Shown: positions 32,560 through 43,533, counted from the whole stretch's first letter. The stretch: 63,725 nucleotides of DNA, filler included, from Pseudomonadota bacterium (GCA_043825735.1; 8 parts of 8 records of this genome joined end to end with filler, not necessarily neighbours in it), one strand, 5' to 3'. The notes: generated by a model from the sequence alone, not told the origin. A program made the numbers and translations.

Positions 32560-32838
32560 TTCGCGGGCATGGCCCGCTCCTACACAAAGAATCCTGGCGG
32601 GGCCACCGGCCGCCTGGCCGACGCCGGGGCAAGACAGTTGACGAACCCGTAAAAAAGCATTTTCTCGCAGAGCGCGCAAAGGGCGCCAAGAAAAACAATT
32701 TTATTATCAACACCTTATCTCTGCGTTCTCCATGTCCGGCGTAGCCGAAGGCGAAGTCTGATGCGATCTCCGCGAGAGATTCCGACTTTTTACGGTTTCA
32801 TCACAGTTCATGCTGTAGGAGCGGGCCATGCCCGCGAA
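32560..32838. repeat. Inverted pair of GTAGGAGCGGGCCATGCCCGCGAA REPs enclosing a MITE-like element (32640-32802)
   Basis: 32560-32584 and 32814-32838 are reverse complements. Confidence 0.8.
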
Positions 32839-32953
32839 AAGGGCGTCTATCGACGTCCTCATTATGGCCGGCCGCAGGCCCGCCATTTGACAAAGGAATT
32901 CGGGCCGAATAAGTTCAACCGGCACTGCGGTGCCACCGTCGGCGATGTAAAAA

Positions 32954-33237
32954 ATAACGGGCTTATCTACCAAAAAAAGCATGCACCGGGTGGTGTCCGC
33001 CACACCCCATCGGCGGACAGGCCCGTTGCAACAAGCCGCTTTGCGATACTTTTCGTGTGTTTTGTGTGTTTCGTGGTTGAAAGCAGTTACTGCGGCCAAA
33101 AGTGGAGATGGGATAGCGCTTGGTGCGCCCCCACAGCCAGAAACAGGTTCTTATCTCTTTTTCTTGCGCCAAAAAAGAACCATAAACCACGAAACACACG
33201 AAAGAAAAATGGATAACCGATAACGGGCTGATCTACC
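32954..33237 (+). repeat. About 280-bp dispersed repeat (also 42128-42262 and 45730-45969)
   Basis: Near-identical sequence at three contig ends. Confidence 0.9.
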
Positions 33238-33337
33238 NNNNNNNNNNNNNNNNNNNNNNNNNNNNNNNNNNNNNNNNNNNNTTAATTAATTAANNNNNNN
33301 NNNNNNNNNNNNNNNNNNNNNNNNNNNNNNNNNNNNN

Positions 33338-33478
33338 TTCTGGATTGCCGCCAAGGCTACCTTGGCTTTGAACTCGGCACTGTGCGTTTTTCGTCTCTTC
33401 CCCATTGTCAGATCCTCCTTGGTTGAAGTGGTCTGACTCTTAGCTTAGCACATTGTCCGAATTTCGGGGTCCACCGCA
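33338..33478 (-). mobile_element. IS3-family element, left end with start of orfA
   Basis: IR TGCGGTGGACCCCGAAATTCGGACA; AGGAGG RBS; MGKRRKTHSAEFKAKVALAAIQ from 33405. Confidence 0.88.
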
Positions 33479-33690
33479 CGGCAGAAAGGACACCCAGGTC
33501 AGCACTGTCCGCACGGAATAGATATCCGCCAGTTTGCCGATCATGGGCGCGAAAATCCCTCCCAGGCCGAAAGCGAATCCCATCATGACGCCGCTGAGGG
33601 GTATGAACACGACGGGAAGCAAAAGACCGATGAGGGTAAAGGCTCTCGTCGGATGCCAGTCGGATAGGTAACCCACAGAGGGTTGAACGA
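33479..33690 (-). pseudogene. MFS transporter remnant next to the IS3 end
   Basis: GYLSD, GVMMGFAFGLGG..APMIGKLAD MFS-like motifs in a short fragment. Confidence 0.55.
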
Positions 33691-33742
33691 TAAAGGCATG
33701 TGTCCTGCTCTATCAGATGCCAAACGAAAAAACGGGGGTAAT

Positions 33743-33772
33743 AAAAAAGCAGGGTCATTGCTGACCCTGCTT
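33743..33772 (-). terminator. Intrinsic terminator of hup
   Basis: aagcagggtca-ttgc-tgaccctgctt with A-run on + strand. Confidence 0.8.
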
Positions 33773-33802
33773 AGGCTGTCGTTCTCACCTTTAGTCAGGT
33801 AA

Positions 33803-34072
33803 TTATTTTACTGCTTCTTTCAAAGCCTTTCCAGCGACAAACTTTGGTACCTTACGTGCTGCAATATTAATCTCCGCCCCTGTCTGAGGATTTTTTCCTG
33901 TACGCGCCTTCCTTTCAGCAACCTTAAATGTGCCGAATCCGACCAGTGATACCGAGTCTCCATTTTCCAAAGCTTTGGTAATGCTTGAAAGGACACACTC
34001 CACGACCGCCTGTGCATCTTTCTTGGTGTTTACCACCTTGGCGACCTCGTTGACCAAATCTGTTTTATTCAT
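33803..34072 (-). CDS. hup: DNA-binding protein HU
   Basis: [29 protein letters not shown]. Confidence 0.97.
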   Translation of the reverse strand: MNKTDLVNEVAKVVNTKKDAQAVVECVLSSITKALENGDSVSLVGFGTFKVAERKARTGKNPQTGAEINIAARKVPKFVAGKALKEAVK

Positions 34073-34188
34073 GTTCTTTCTCCTTTTTTATAAACCGGTA
34101 ACATTAAAAATTATCTTCTGTTAAGGCAAAATGCTCCAATATCTTCTGATAACACAAAACGATTCATGTGCATAGCCGGATAAAAATT

Positions 34189-34321
34189 GATGCATTCGTA
34201 AAAAGTGATTTTGAACCACAGAGACCGCAGAGGGCCGCAGAGAATATTATGAATAATTAATAAGTTATCTCTGCGCTCTCTGCGTACTCTGTGGTGATTT
34301 CAGACTTTTTACGAGTTTGTC
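34189..34321. mobile_element. MITE-like palindromic element
   Basis: GATGCATTCGTAAAAAG ... CTTTTTACGAGTTTGTC. Confidence 0.65.
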
Positions 34322-34638
34322 AAAATTGATAAAGTCGCAAAAAGGTCTTCTTCGTCAGCGGGAACCCCTTGTCCTGGCGTCGTCGCGAAACCAGCGGCCG
34401 GATATCGATAGCGACGATAAAGAATAACGCTGCCCCCCGGCAAGGCAGTGGCCGTTATTTTGCATAATAACCCCATTTTTCAAAAAAAATAAAGGCGCCG
34501 CATATAATAAGCTTGACATACTGGATATAGTGGTTTACCAAATTACACAATACAAGATATGCCATTCAAGCGATCATCTTTTTCTGGGTTGAATGGCTGA
34601 GTGCGGTTTCTAATTTTTTTAAATTTCGGGAGGATTTC

Positions 34639-34737
34639 ATGGCAACTGCAAAAAAACCGGCTGCAAAGAAACCCGCTGCAAAGAAACCCGCCGCTAAGAA
34701 ACCGGCTGCTAAGAAACCGGCTGCTAAGAAAAAATAA
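34639..34737 (+). CDS. 32-aa histone-H1-like peptide MATA(KKPAA)5KKK
   Basis: GGAGG RBS, TTGACA at 34513, synonymous variation between repeats, downstream hairpin plus T-run (34765-34811); below the ORF-track size cutoff. Confidence 0.8.
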   Translation: MATAKKPAAKKPAAKKPAAKKPAAKKPAAKKK

Positions 34738-34948
34738 CCCTTTTTAGAACCCGCCTTTATCAAGGAACGGGAAGGCATCCATAGTTTTATGGAAGGCCTT
34801 CCTGTTTTTTTGTTTTATGTATAAATAACGCTCTTTCGGCGACGTGCTGAAACTTCCCTTGCTCATTTCGATTACTCCTCTCCGCAGAAACGGCCATATA
34901 AATTATTTGTCTTCGCGGTCACTGCGCCTCTGCGGCGAATCGGTTTTT

Positions 34949-36517
34949 TCACGAATCCATCAACCCCATGGCCCGCTCGGCCATGGCGGTGATGGTAAGG
35001 CTGGGGTTGACGCCCACATTGGCCGTAATGGCCGCCCCGTCGACCACGTAAAGACCCGGGTAGCCGAAGACCTCGTGCCGGGTATCGATGACGCCGGTCT
35101 CCGCCGATTCGCCCATGCCGCACCCGCCGAGAATGTGGGCGGTGGCCGACTGGTTGCCAAAGGTTTCCATGAAGCTGTTGAGCGGGATCCCGCCGGAAAT
35201 GTCGGCGTAGATCCGGCCGGCCGCGTTGCCCACTGGGATGTAGGACGGCGCCTCCTTGCCGGGCACCCGCACGGATTTGATAGTGGGTACAAACGGTGAT
35301 TGCAGGCTGCGCCCGTATTTAAATCCCATCTCGTTGTCCAGGTGCTGCATGACGGTGAACACGGTCAAGCGCCGGCGCCAGTTTTTGGCAAACCATGAGG
35401 CCGTGGACGTCCTGGGCCGGGTGATCATCTTCCCGGCGGCCTTCAGGGCCCGCCGCCAAGGCACGGGGTCGTCGGCCATGGGGCCGATTTGATACTTCAT
35501 CATCTCGTAGGCTTCCGGAAACCGGTTCTGGGTGATGTGGGTGTGCTCGTCGGGGTAGAAGTCCGAGGTGATTGCCGTTCCCCGGGTGAGATCAGCATCG
35601 GGGTCTTTGCTCAGGATGATGACAAAGGCCTCGCTGTTGGTGCGTACGATCTTTCCGAGCATGGGAGAGAGCTTCGGGAGCGTTTTGGCCGTATTTCGGC
35701 AATGCAGCAGCAGTTCCAGCGTGCCCAGCACGCCGCCGGCCACGATCACCTTGTCCGCCGACAACGGCGCATAAGTCTGCTTTCTCCGAATGGGGTGGCG
35801 CATCTCCAGCACGTAGCCGCCGCCGTTTTTGGGTATGATGCAGGTCACTTGGCGCCGTGGCAGAATCTCGGCCCCCTGGGCCTTAGCCAGATGCAAGTAG
35901 TTCTTGTCGAGGCTGTTTTTGGCGTTTTTCCCGCAGCCGCTAAGGCAGTCGCCACAAAGCTGACAACCGCTGCGCGCCGGCCCCTTGCCGCTGAAAAACG
36001 GATCGGGAACCGTCACCCCGGGCTGTCCGAAATAAATGCCGTTGGGGGTAGGCCCGTAGGTGTGCCCCCGACCCATGGCCTCGGCCGTTTTTTTGAGATA
36101 GGCGTCCTGAAGATCGAAGGAGGGGTTCACCGTCTTTCCCAGCATCCGCTCGCCCATATCGAAATGAGGGGCGAGCTCGGCCGCCCAGTCCACCCCGAGG
36201 CGGCTCCAGGCCGGGTGATCGTAAAACGGATTCTTGGGGCGCAGCAGCACGGCGGCATAGACGATGCTGCCCCCGCCCACGGCCACACCGCCCACCAGAG
36301 CGGTGTGCCGGAAAAAGCGCTGATAAAAATACCCGTCCAGCCCCAGGGCCGGCATCCACATGAGCTTTTTGAAATCGGCGTCAGCAGCCTCGACATCGCC
36401 CGGCCCGATCCAGCGCCCCTGCTCGATGACCCCCACCCGGTGGCCCTTTTCCGCAAGCCGCAGCGCCGACACGCTGCCGCCAAAACCGCTGCCCACAATC
36501 AACACGTCATAGTCCAT
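34949..36517 (-). CDS. GMC oxidoreductase, cholesterol-oxidase-like
   Basis: GSGFGG, VGGGSIVYA, C..CG.C..GC, HILGG, GVNPSLTI.A.AER. Confidence 0.9.
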   Translation of the reverse strand: MDYDVLIVGSGFGGSVSALRLAEKGHRVGVIEQGRWIGPGDVEAADADFKKLMWMPALGLDGYFYQRFFRHTALVGGVAVGGGSIVYAAVLLRPKNPFYDHPAWSRLGVDWAAELAPHFDMGERMLGKTVNPSFDLQDAYLKKTAEAMGRGHTYGPTPNGIYFGQPGVTVPDPFFSGKGPARSGCQLCGDCLSGCGKNAKNSLDKNYLHLAKAQGAEILPRRQVTCIIPKNGGGYVLEMRHPIRRKQTYAPLSADKVIVAGGVLGTLELLLHCRNTAKTLPKLSPMLGKIVRTNSEAFVIILSKDPDADLTRGTAITSDFYPDEHTHITQNRFPEAYEMMKYQIGPMADDPVPWRRALKAAGKMITRPRTSTASWFAKNWRRRLTVFTVMQHLDNEMGFKYGRSLQSPFVPTIKSVRVPGKEAPSYIPVGNAAGRIYADISGGIPLNSFMETFGNQSATAHILGGCGMGESAETGVIDTRHEVFGYPGLYVVDGAAITANVGVNPSLTITAMAERAMGLMDS

Positions 36518-37252
36518 GGAATGTCTCCGGAGTAATAGAAAGCGGGGGGGGGGGGATGATGATAGTACCACATCCCCGCGCGCCGCTCCACCCCCAAACC
36601 CGCCGCAGGCCCCTACCCAAAGCCATTCATCCCATAAGCAAAAAAGATTTCGGGGCTATCTACCAAATAGAAGTTTAAATGAATGGGTGGCGCAGGTATC
36701 CTCTTTTTCGGCCCCGGCTTCTTCTAATGATCGCTGTCAGCAGCCTGCCGCTGCAGCGTGATCGGACCCGGCGCCAAGAAATGGCAGCTTTAACGGCGAT
36801 GCGGGTCGGCTGCTGACTGCCAAATCCTTTATCCCTGCGCCGGCGGCAGTGAAAAAGTCGCCTTTTGGTGGCGGGGCCGAAAAAGAGGATGCCTGCGACG
36901 CCGACGACTACTGAAAACATTACTTTCGCAGATAATCCCGAAAGATTTTATCACAGCGCAATGCATCATAACCGTGCCATAGCGTCGCCCGCCGGAGGCG
37001 CTGGGCGGAACGAATCCAAAAAACGGCTGGGTTTGAGATGCTGATATGCCCCAAAAGCCTTCAATTGGTGATCGACAGCGGCCGGCTTACCATATTGACA
37101 GAACGCCCAAAACCTTGGATGGTTAGCCTATCCTATGGCGGTTATCACTTCTTTTGGTATCGGCGATATCCACACTTTTTTAACGGTCAGGAGTAAACGG
37201 CATTCTGAGAAGCACGTGAAAACCCACAACGATTAACCGGGGAGCGTGACCA

Positions 37253-39658
37253 ATGCACTATCGCCTGTTCATGTCTGTTATTACTGTTTTATCTTTTCTG
37301 GGATGTGCCGCTCCGCCGCAAAAACCAGCCTATGTCTATAATCCCCCCAGCCGACAGATTGACTACGTGGATGATGTCAGACCGGTTCTGGTGAACCGGT
37401 GTGTTGTGTGCCATTCCTGTTATAATTCGCCATGTCAACTTAAACTGAGTTCATGGGAAGGGCTTGATCGCGGCGCCAGCAAAGAGCAAATTTATAATGC
37501 TTCCCGACTGAAGACCATGGATCCAAGCCGATTATTCATAGACGCTCAAACCACTTCTGAGTGGCGGGAAAAAAACTTTTTCCCTGTAAAACAGGAAAAG
37601 GGTGTTTCAGAATACGATGAATCAATCATGTTTCTTCTGCTTGACCACAAGCGGCAATCTCCAAGCCTGCTCGATGGCGAGGATGACGGAAAATATTTCT
37701 CAGAGGCCAGCGATCTCACCTGCTCCGAAAACGCTGCTGAACTCAAGACGTTTTTAAAAAAGCATCCTAACCGCGGGATGCCATTCGGCTTTCCCCCACT
37801 GTCACAGGAAGAATTCGATACCGTCGTCGGATGGCTCAGTCAGGGCGCCTACGGGCCAACGCCTGAACAGCAGGCGGCGCTTGAGGTGATCACTGACCGG
37901 GATCGGTCAATGCTTGATATGTGGGAGGCATTCCTGAACCGCCAGGATCCCAAATACCAAATGACGGCCCGCTATCTGTACGAGCACCTGTTCCTGGCGC
38001 ATATCAGTTTCAAAACAGGGAGCAATGATTTCTTTGAACTGGTCCGATCCCGCAGCGGCCCCGGACAAGAAATCGACATCATCGCAACGGTCCGCCCCTA
38101 CGATGACCCCGGCGAAGTCCCGTTTTATTATCGATTCAGGAAAATACACGCCACTATTGTGTTTAAAACCCACATGGTTTTCGCAATGGACGACAGACAA
38201 TTCCAGCGTGTCAATGCGCTTTTTATTCAATCGCCATGGCCCCAAAAGCCAACCATCAGCAGCTACGACAGGGTAACCAGTTCCAGCCCATTTGAAACAT
38301 TTGCACAAATTCCTGTTAGGTCTCGATACCAATGGCTGTTGGATAATGCCAGGTACACGGTGATGACCTTTATCCGTGGCCCGGTATGCAAAGGGCAGAT
38401 TGCCCTGAATGTGATTAACGATCAATTCTGGGTGCTTTTTCTGGACCCTGACTACGATCTCAGCGTCCAATATCCGGGTTTTTTAAAACTCCATTATCAA
38501 CACCTGCGACTGCCGGATGAAAAGGGAAGTGGTTACAAGCTGTGGAAAGCACTGTTGAAGGATAAGCATAAACGGTGGGCATTGGAGTATTACAAAGCAC
38601 GGCAGGATTTCTATGCGGCTCACTACCCGTATGGTCTCGGAACCGAGGCGATTTGGCCGGGAACGCGCGCCGATGATCAACCGATGCTAACGGTATTCAG
38701 ACATTTTGACAGCGCATCAGTGCATCGCGGGGCTCTGGGCAATCTGCCAAAGACCGCCTGGGTTATCGATTACCCGCTGTTGGAACGCATTTATTACTCA
38801 CTGGTGGCAGGATTTGATATTTATGGGACTGCCGGGCATCAGCTCGCAACCCGTCGGTACATGGATGCCCTGCGTATAGAGGGGGAAAGCTATTTTCTCG
38901 ATTTTATGCCTATGGAAGCGCGGGAACCGATGATGGCGTCGTGGTATATCGGCGTTCCGACGGACGAGATGCAATATTATCCGTCGCCGCTGCCCGCCGG
39001 TGAGCAGTTCAAAACAATGGAACCCAAAAGGGAATTCATGGAGAAGGTGGTGCAAGAGCGACTTGCGGTCGAAGGCATTGCATTCGATCAAAACTATCTT
39101 CCTGCCGGGGCGACATATCCCACCCTGCCGGAAAAATATGAAACTGAGAAGGACTATATTCAGGGATTTATTTCAGTATCGGCCCCGGGCGTTTCGTTTT
39201 TCCGACATGTAAAGGATCACAATGCCAACGTGGCCTGGATCAAAATCAAGAATATTCCCGACAAGCCGGACATGGTCGTTTCAGCAGTGATAAACCGCTG
39301 GCATGACAATGTTAAGTATCTGATCGGGGAGGAAACGCGACTGAACCCGGCAAAAGATCATGCGGTTTTTATCAAAGGATTTATTGGCTCATATCCCAAC
39401 TATTTTTTTGTCGTGGATGCTGCGGATCTCCCTGAATTTTTTGAAATTCTGGATAACTATGATGGGAGTGACACCTATAAATATCGATTGGAAAAATTTG
39501 GCGTCAACCGCGCCGAAAGCAATTTCTGGAAAGTCTTCGACTGGTTTCAGGACCGATTTCTGGATTCCGATATTCAGGAAGCCGGCATCGTCGATTTGAA
39601 TCGCTACTATTATCTTGCAACAAAGCACGTCATAGTCCAGGAAACTTCTCCGGAGTAA
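37253..39658 (+). CDS. cti: Fatty acid cis/trans isomerase
   Basis: Lipobox LGC, heme motif CVVCH, YLYEHLFLAH, FIRGPVCKGQIALNVI, RHFDSASV. Confidence 0.92.
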   Translation: MHYRLFMSVITVLSFLGCAAPPQKPAYVYNPPSRQIDYVDDVRPVLVNRCVVCHSCYNSPCQLKLSSWEGLDRGASKEQIYNASRLKTMDPSRLFIDAQTTSEWREKNFFPVKQEKGVSEYDESIMFLLLDHKRQSPSLLDGEDDGKYFSEASDLTCSENAAELKTFLKKHPNRGMPFGFPPLSQEEFDTVVGWLSQGAYGPTPEQQAALEVITDRDRSMLDMWEAFLNRQDPKYQMTARYLYEHLFLAHISFKTGSNDFFELVRSRSGPGQEIDIIATVRPYDDPGEVPFYYRFRKIHATIVFKTHMVFAMDDRQFQRVNALFIQSPWPQKPTISSYDRVTSSSPFETFAQIPVRSRYQWLLDNARYTVMTFIRGPVCKGQIALNVINDQFWVLFLDPDYDLSVQYPGFLKLHYQHLRLPDEKGSGYKLWKALLKDKHKRWALEYYKARQDFYAAHYPYGLGTEAIWPGTRADDQPMLTVFRHFDSASVHRGALGNLPKTAWVIDYPLLERIYYSLVAGFDIYGTAGHQLATRRYMDALRIEGESYFLDFMPMEAREPMMASWYIGVPTDEMQYYPSPLPAGEQFKTMEPKREFMEKVVQERLAVEGIAFDQNYLPAGATYPTLPEKYETEKDYIQGFISVSAPGVSFFRHVKDHNANVAWIKIKNIPDKPDMVVSAVINRWHDNVKYLIGEETRLNPAKDHAVFIKGFIGSYPNYFFVVDAADLPEFFEILDNYDGSDTYKYRLEKFGVNRAESNFWKVFDWFQDRFLDSDIQEAGIVDLNRYYYLATKHVIVQETSPE

Positions 39659-39722
39659 TAGAAAGCGAGGGCACAGGGATGATGGGGTAATCGGGACGCC
39701 CTTAAAATTTAATCGGTAATCG

Positions 39723-41699
39723 GTAGAGTAGAGGGCAGATCAGTCCAATTGACCTCATAGCATTTCGTCGCACGCGACTACTTTGAAATGCAGGCACAAG
39801 TAGCCAATCAGCCCTCCCTCATCAAACCGTGCATGCGATTTTCCCGCACACGGCTTTCCGATGCTCTTCACCTCAAGGCATGCGCCTTGGTCCAGCCCGC
39901 TGTTGCCGGCACTTTGAACAGTCCGTAGCGCTTGTATAACTCGCGCCGTGGAAAACGCATGTACCCACTGTTTCGATCTCTGATTTTGTGTCGCTTACGT
40001 AGGTGTGTTCGCATCCGTTCTTCCAGGTGCGTGCGCACATGGCACAGCCGATGGCTGCAATTGCGGAAATGAAAATAACCCACCCACCCGCGAACAGTGT
40101 GGTTGACCTCCTTGATCAACACTCCCATGTCCACCATGGTTCTTGATCGACTGGTCATGCCGGTGATCCTGCGTTTTACTGCCTGCACGGATGCCTTCGA
40201 GGGCTCTACATGGGGGTAAGTCTTACCGCTGATGCGGCTGACCCGAAGCCCAATCTCGAACCCCAGGAAGGAAAACATCTCCCGTCGAGCATCCACGACT
40301 CGCGTCTTTGATGCATTCAGTTGCAGGTCCATTCTCTCAAGGAGCCCCTCAAGGGCCGTTCTGGGCCCCCGGGTCCCCTTGCGGCAGAGGATGACGATGT
40401 CGTCGGCATACCTGATGATGCGCGCCCCAATCCGCCATTGGAGCCCCCGGTGCTGCCATATCCGATCCACAAGGTGCAGATAGATGTTGGCCAGCAGCGG
40501 TGAGATCACCCCACCTTGCGGTGTCCCCTGACGGTTGCGTCGACCGCCCCCAATGGTGCGCTTCGTCCCGTCCTCGTCCTGCTCCATAATCGGCGCCTTC
40601 AACCACAGCCGTATCAGATGCAGCATGCTACCGTCGCTGATCCGCTCGGCCACCAGCACCATCAGCTTGGCGTGAGGAATCGTGTCGAAGTACTTCCTGA
40701 GGTCGGCATCGATGACTTCGGTGTAGCCCTTGTACAGGGCGAGCGCCACATCATCGATCGCATCATGAGCGGACTTCCTTGGACGAAATCCGTAGGAAGT
40801 CTCGCAAAAGTCAGCCTCAAAGATCGGCTCGATGACAAGCTTGGCCGCCATCTGAGCCACCCGGTCCCGAATCGTTGGTATCCCAAGGGCGCGCTGGCTG
40901 CCATCGGCCTTGGGAATCATGACTCGCCTTACCGGTGATGGATCGTACGTCTTGTTCCTGAGTGACGCGGCCAGCTCCGCCAAAAAGACGTCCACCCCTT
41001 CTGCGTCTTCGATGTCCGAAAAGGTTACCCCATCGATACCTGCGGCACCCTTGTTGGAACGCACAAGCCTATAGGCATGATTGAGGATGTCTGCCCGGTA
41101 AAGCTTGTCGTACAAGGCGTAGAAGCGGTACGCTGGCTCTTGCTTGGCCTTGAGATAAAGCTTCCTCTGGAGTGTCCTGATGTGTTTTGGGGTTGATAGC
41201 ATCTTGTGCAATCCCCTCACCCTCCACCCGTTGGTCGCGCGAACAAAGCAGGGTCCCTTCCCTCGGGCTGGGTTATGTTGTCCCGAGCCCTCAGACGGTA
41301 CTATGAACCCCTCCGACTCCCACTACGGCCCGGCATGACTTCGGTCTCCCTTATACACACCGGTTGGCGCTCCTCGGCTACCACCGCAGTGGGTCTCCAG
41401 CACTGGACTGCATACCTGCCGCCACATGCCGCCCCTACTACCCCGGAAGATCGCGCTGGCCGCTTCCGTTATCCGAGCCTGCGCACTTCGGCCTTCCCCA
41501 TACGTCCACTGGGTCGGCACCCTCATCTTTTATTGTCGAGGCTACATGCGGGTTCATTTGCATTACGGCCTGTGGCTTTGCCAATTGGGAACTTACGACA
41601 CCCTGTTACCAGAACGCCGCTCCCTTGAGCTACCAGGGTGAACGGACAATTCCCTGGACGGGACTTCAACCCGTTAGGTATACAGTTGTTACTGCGAAC
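39723..41699 (-). mobile_element. Complete group II intron (IIB-like)
   Basis: 5' end GTTCG; domain V AAGCCGTGTGCGGGAAAATCGCATGCACGGTTT; 3' end CTCTACTCTAC; EBS1-IBS1 pairing. Confidence 0.88.
39868..41220 (-). CDS. ltrA: Group II intron reverse transcriptase/maturase, no endonuclease domain seen
   Basis: LGIPTIRDR, GTPQGGVISPLLAN, YADD, RGW..YF. Confidence 0.95.
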   Translation of the reverse strand: MRGLHKMLSTPKHIRTLQRKLYLKAKQEPAYRFYALYDKLYRADILNHAYRLVRSNKGAAGIDGVTFSDIEDAEGVDVFLAELAASLRNKTYDPSPVRRVMIPKADGSQRALGIPTIRDRVAQMAAKLVIEPIFEADFCETSYGFRPRKSAHDAIDDVALALYKGYTEVIDADLRKYFDTIPHAKLMVLVAERISDGSMLHLIRLWLKAPIMEQDEDGTKRTIGGGRRNRQGTPQGGVISPLLANIYLHLVDRIWQHRGLQWRIGARIIRYADDIVILCRKGTRGPRTALEGLLERMDLQLNASKTRVVDARREMFSFLGFEIGLRVSRISGKTYPHVEPSKASVQAVKRRITGMTSRSRTMVDMGVLIKEVNHTVRGWVGYFHFRNCSHRLCHVRTHLEERMRTHLRKRHKIRDRNSGYMRFPRRELYKRYGLFKVPATAGWTKAHALR

Positions 41700-41810
41700 G
41701 GACGCCCTTAAAATATAAAGTTCACGTCTCGAAGTTGAAATTTTAAGTGCGTCCCCAACTCTTCCGTTCTGCGGCTTTGCCTTTTCGTATCTGTTCAAGA
41801 CGAATCGGCG

Positions 41811-42027
41811 TCATGGTTCACAGTTAACCGGAATTGCTGATTCACACCGGGAGCCCCCCATCACCTCACGCATCTTGTGGGCAAGGCTGCTCAGATCAAA
41901 GGGCTTTTGGATGAATCCACCGCAGCCTTGTGCCATGATGTCCTGGGCCTGAGAGTCCAGGCTGTAGCCGCTGGAAAGCAACACCCGTGCGCTCGGATTG
42001 ATGGCCTTTATCGCCTTGTACACATCG
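41811..42027 (-). CDS. Receiver domain C-terminus (partial)
   Basis: VLLSSGYS, GFIQKPF. Confidence 0.8.
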
Positions 42028-42568
42028 NNNNNNNNNNNNNNNNNNNNNNNNNNNNNNNNNNNNNNNNNNNNTTAATTAATTAANNNNNNNNNNNNNNNNN
42101 NNNNNNNNNNNNNNNNNNNNNNNNNNNTGCGCCCCCACAGCCAGAAACAGGTTCTTATCTCTTTTTCTTGCGCCAAAAAAGAACCATAAACCACGAAACA
42201 CACGAAAGAAAAATGGATAACCGATAACGGGCTGATCTACCCTAAAAAGCGTGCACCGGGCGGCGCCATGGCAACGGTGCCGCGCCTTTAATTCGTAGAT
42301 AATTGCGTAAAATTTACTTGGCGTACTTGGCGCCTTCCGAGAAAATTGCTTTTTTACGTGTTTTTCAAAATTATAGATTTTGGGGGCAGTTAGTCGCCAC
42401 TGTCATAAATACGTTCCGTTTGGGCAACAACGCCGTGTAAACATCGAAATCGATATCGCTATCGGTATCGACCGCAGAAAACGTCGATCCCGATCCCGAT
42501 AGGATCTTGGCGATGAAACGTGACATTATTCTGACTAGTACTCTATACGCGGTCAGGGGAATCGTTCA

Positions 42569-43189
42569 ATGGGTGTGAAGGCGCGAAGACAAGGGGAGAA
42601 AGCGGATCGCAAGGCCCAGATTCTCGGGGCGGCGCGCACGCTGCTGTTCAGCAAAGGGCTTGAGGGAACATCCATCAATGCCATTGCCGTTCTGGTCGAG
42701 TTGAGCGTGCCCGCCATCTATCGGTATTACAAAAATAAGGACGAAATTATTTTCGACCTTTCCCAGGAAGGGCTTCAACTGCTGCAATTCAACATCACCC
42801 ACGCGGCCGCAGGTGCGCCTCGGCCCGAGCAGAAGTTGACCGCCATCGCCATGGCCTACCGGGATTTCAGCACGGCCCAGAAAGACTACTTTACCGTGAT
42901 CAATCACTTTCTGGCATCCCCTCAGACGGTGCTGCCCGATCATCTGAAGCACAAAATAGACCACCACGGGGAAGAGATACTGATGCAGGTAGTGGCCGCC
43001 ACCGAGGCGGGGTGCGCCAGCGGGGATTTTGCCTGCACGGATCCGCGCCGCTTCAGTCTCATGTTCTGGGGGGCGATCAACGGGATCATTCAGCTTCAGA
43101 AAATCGAACACACCATTTTTTCCGGAAAGGGACACGCGGACTTGTACCGGCATACCGTGGAAACCCTGATCAACAGTATCCGCGCTTGA
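42569..43189 (+). CDS. TetR/AcrR regulator
   Basis: ILGAARTLL..KG...TSI..IA...S..AIYRYY.NKDEI. Confidence 0.9.
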   Translation: MGVKARRQGEKADRKAQILGAARTLLFSKGLEGTSINAIAVLVELSVPAIYRYYKNKDEIIFDLSQEGLQLLQFNITHAAAGAPRPEQKLTAIAMAYRDFSTAQKDYFTVINHFLASPQTVLPDHLKHKIDHHGEEILMQVVAATEAGCASGDFACTDPRRFSLMFWGAINGIIQLQKIEHTIFSGKGHADLYRHTVETLINSIRA

Positions 43190-43353
43190 CAGGTCCTATA
43201 CAAAAACGTCATTTCCGAACGCCCCGGCACGCTCCTGCAGAAATATTCCAAATTGTAATAACAGGTATCAAAAACATACAGAATTGTCCGTCCCCGCCAC
43301 GCTGCCACCCGCCGCCTATTAAACAAATGCCCATTTTAAGCCGTTTCCGCTGA

Positions 43354-43368
43354 TGGCGCGGATCTTGC
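43354..43368 (+). promoter_or_regulatory. Sigma54 promoter of amtB
   Basis: TGGCGC-N5-TTGC with exact GG-N10-GC spacing. Confidence 0.75.
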
Positions 43369-43533
43369 GTTTGAAGTCAAGATTCCATTTACCCGTTGTC
43401 TGTGGATCACGATACCGCGCTGCCACGATTTGTCCCGTTGATGGGTTGTCACGGACTGGGGGGCGGTGTAGCCGGCTACGGCATTGATGCCATTTCGTGA
43501 GCTCCTGGGACGACGGATCATCAGGGAGGCATT

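Noticed and set aside
34566..34778. Minus-strand (AAGFF/L)n ORF
   Set aside because: Antisense shadow of the KKPAA ORF, which has the RBS
39868..41220. DGR or retron reverse transcriptase
   Set aside because: Domain V/VI, intron termini and maturase domain are present; no TR/VR pair seen
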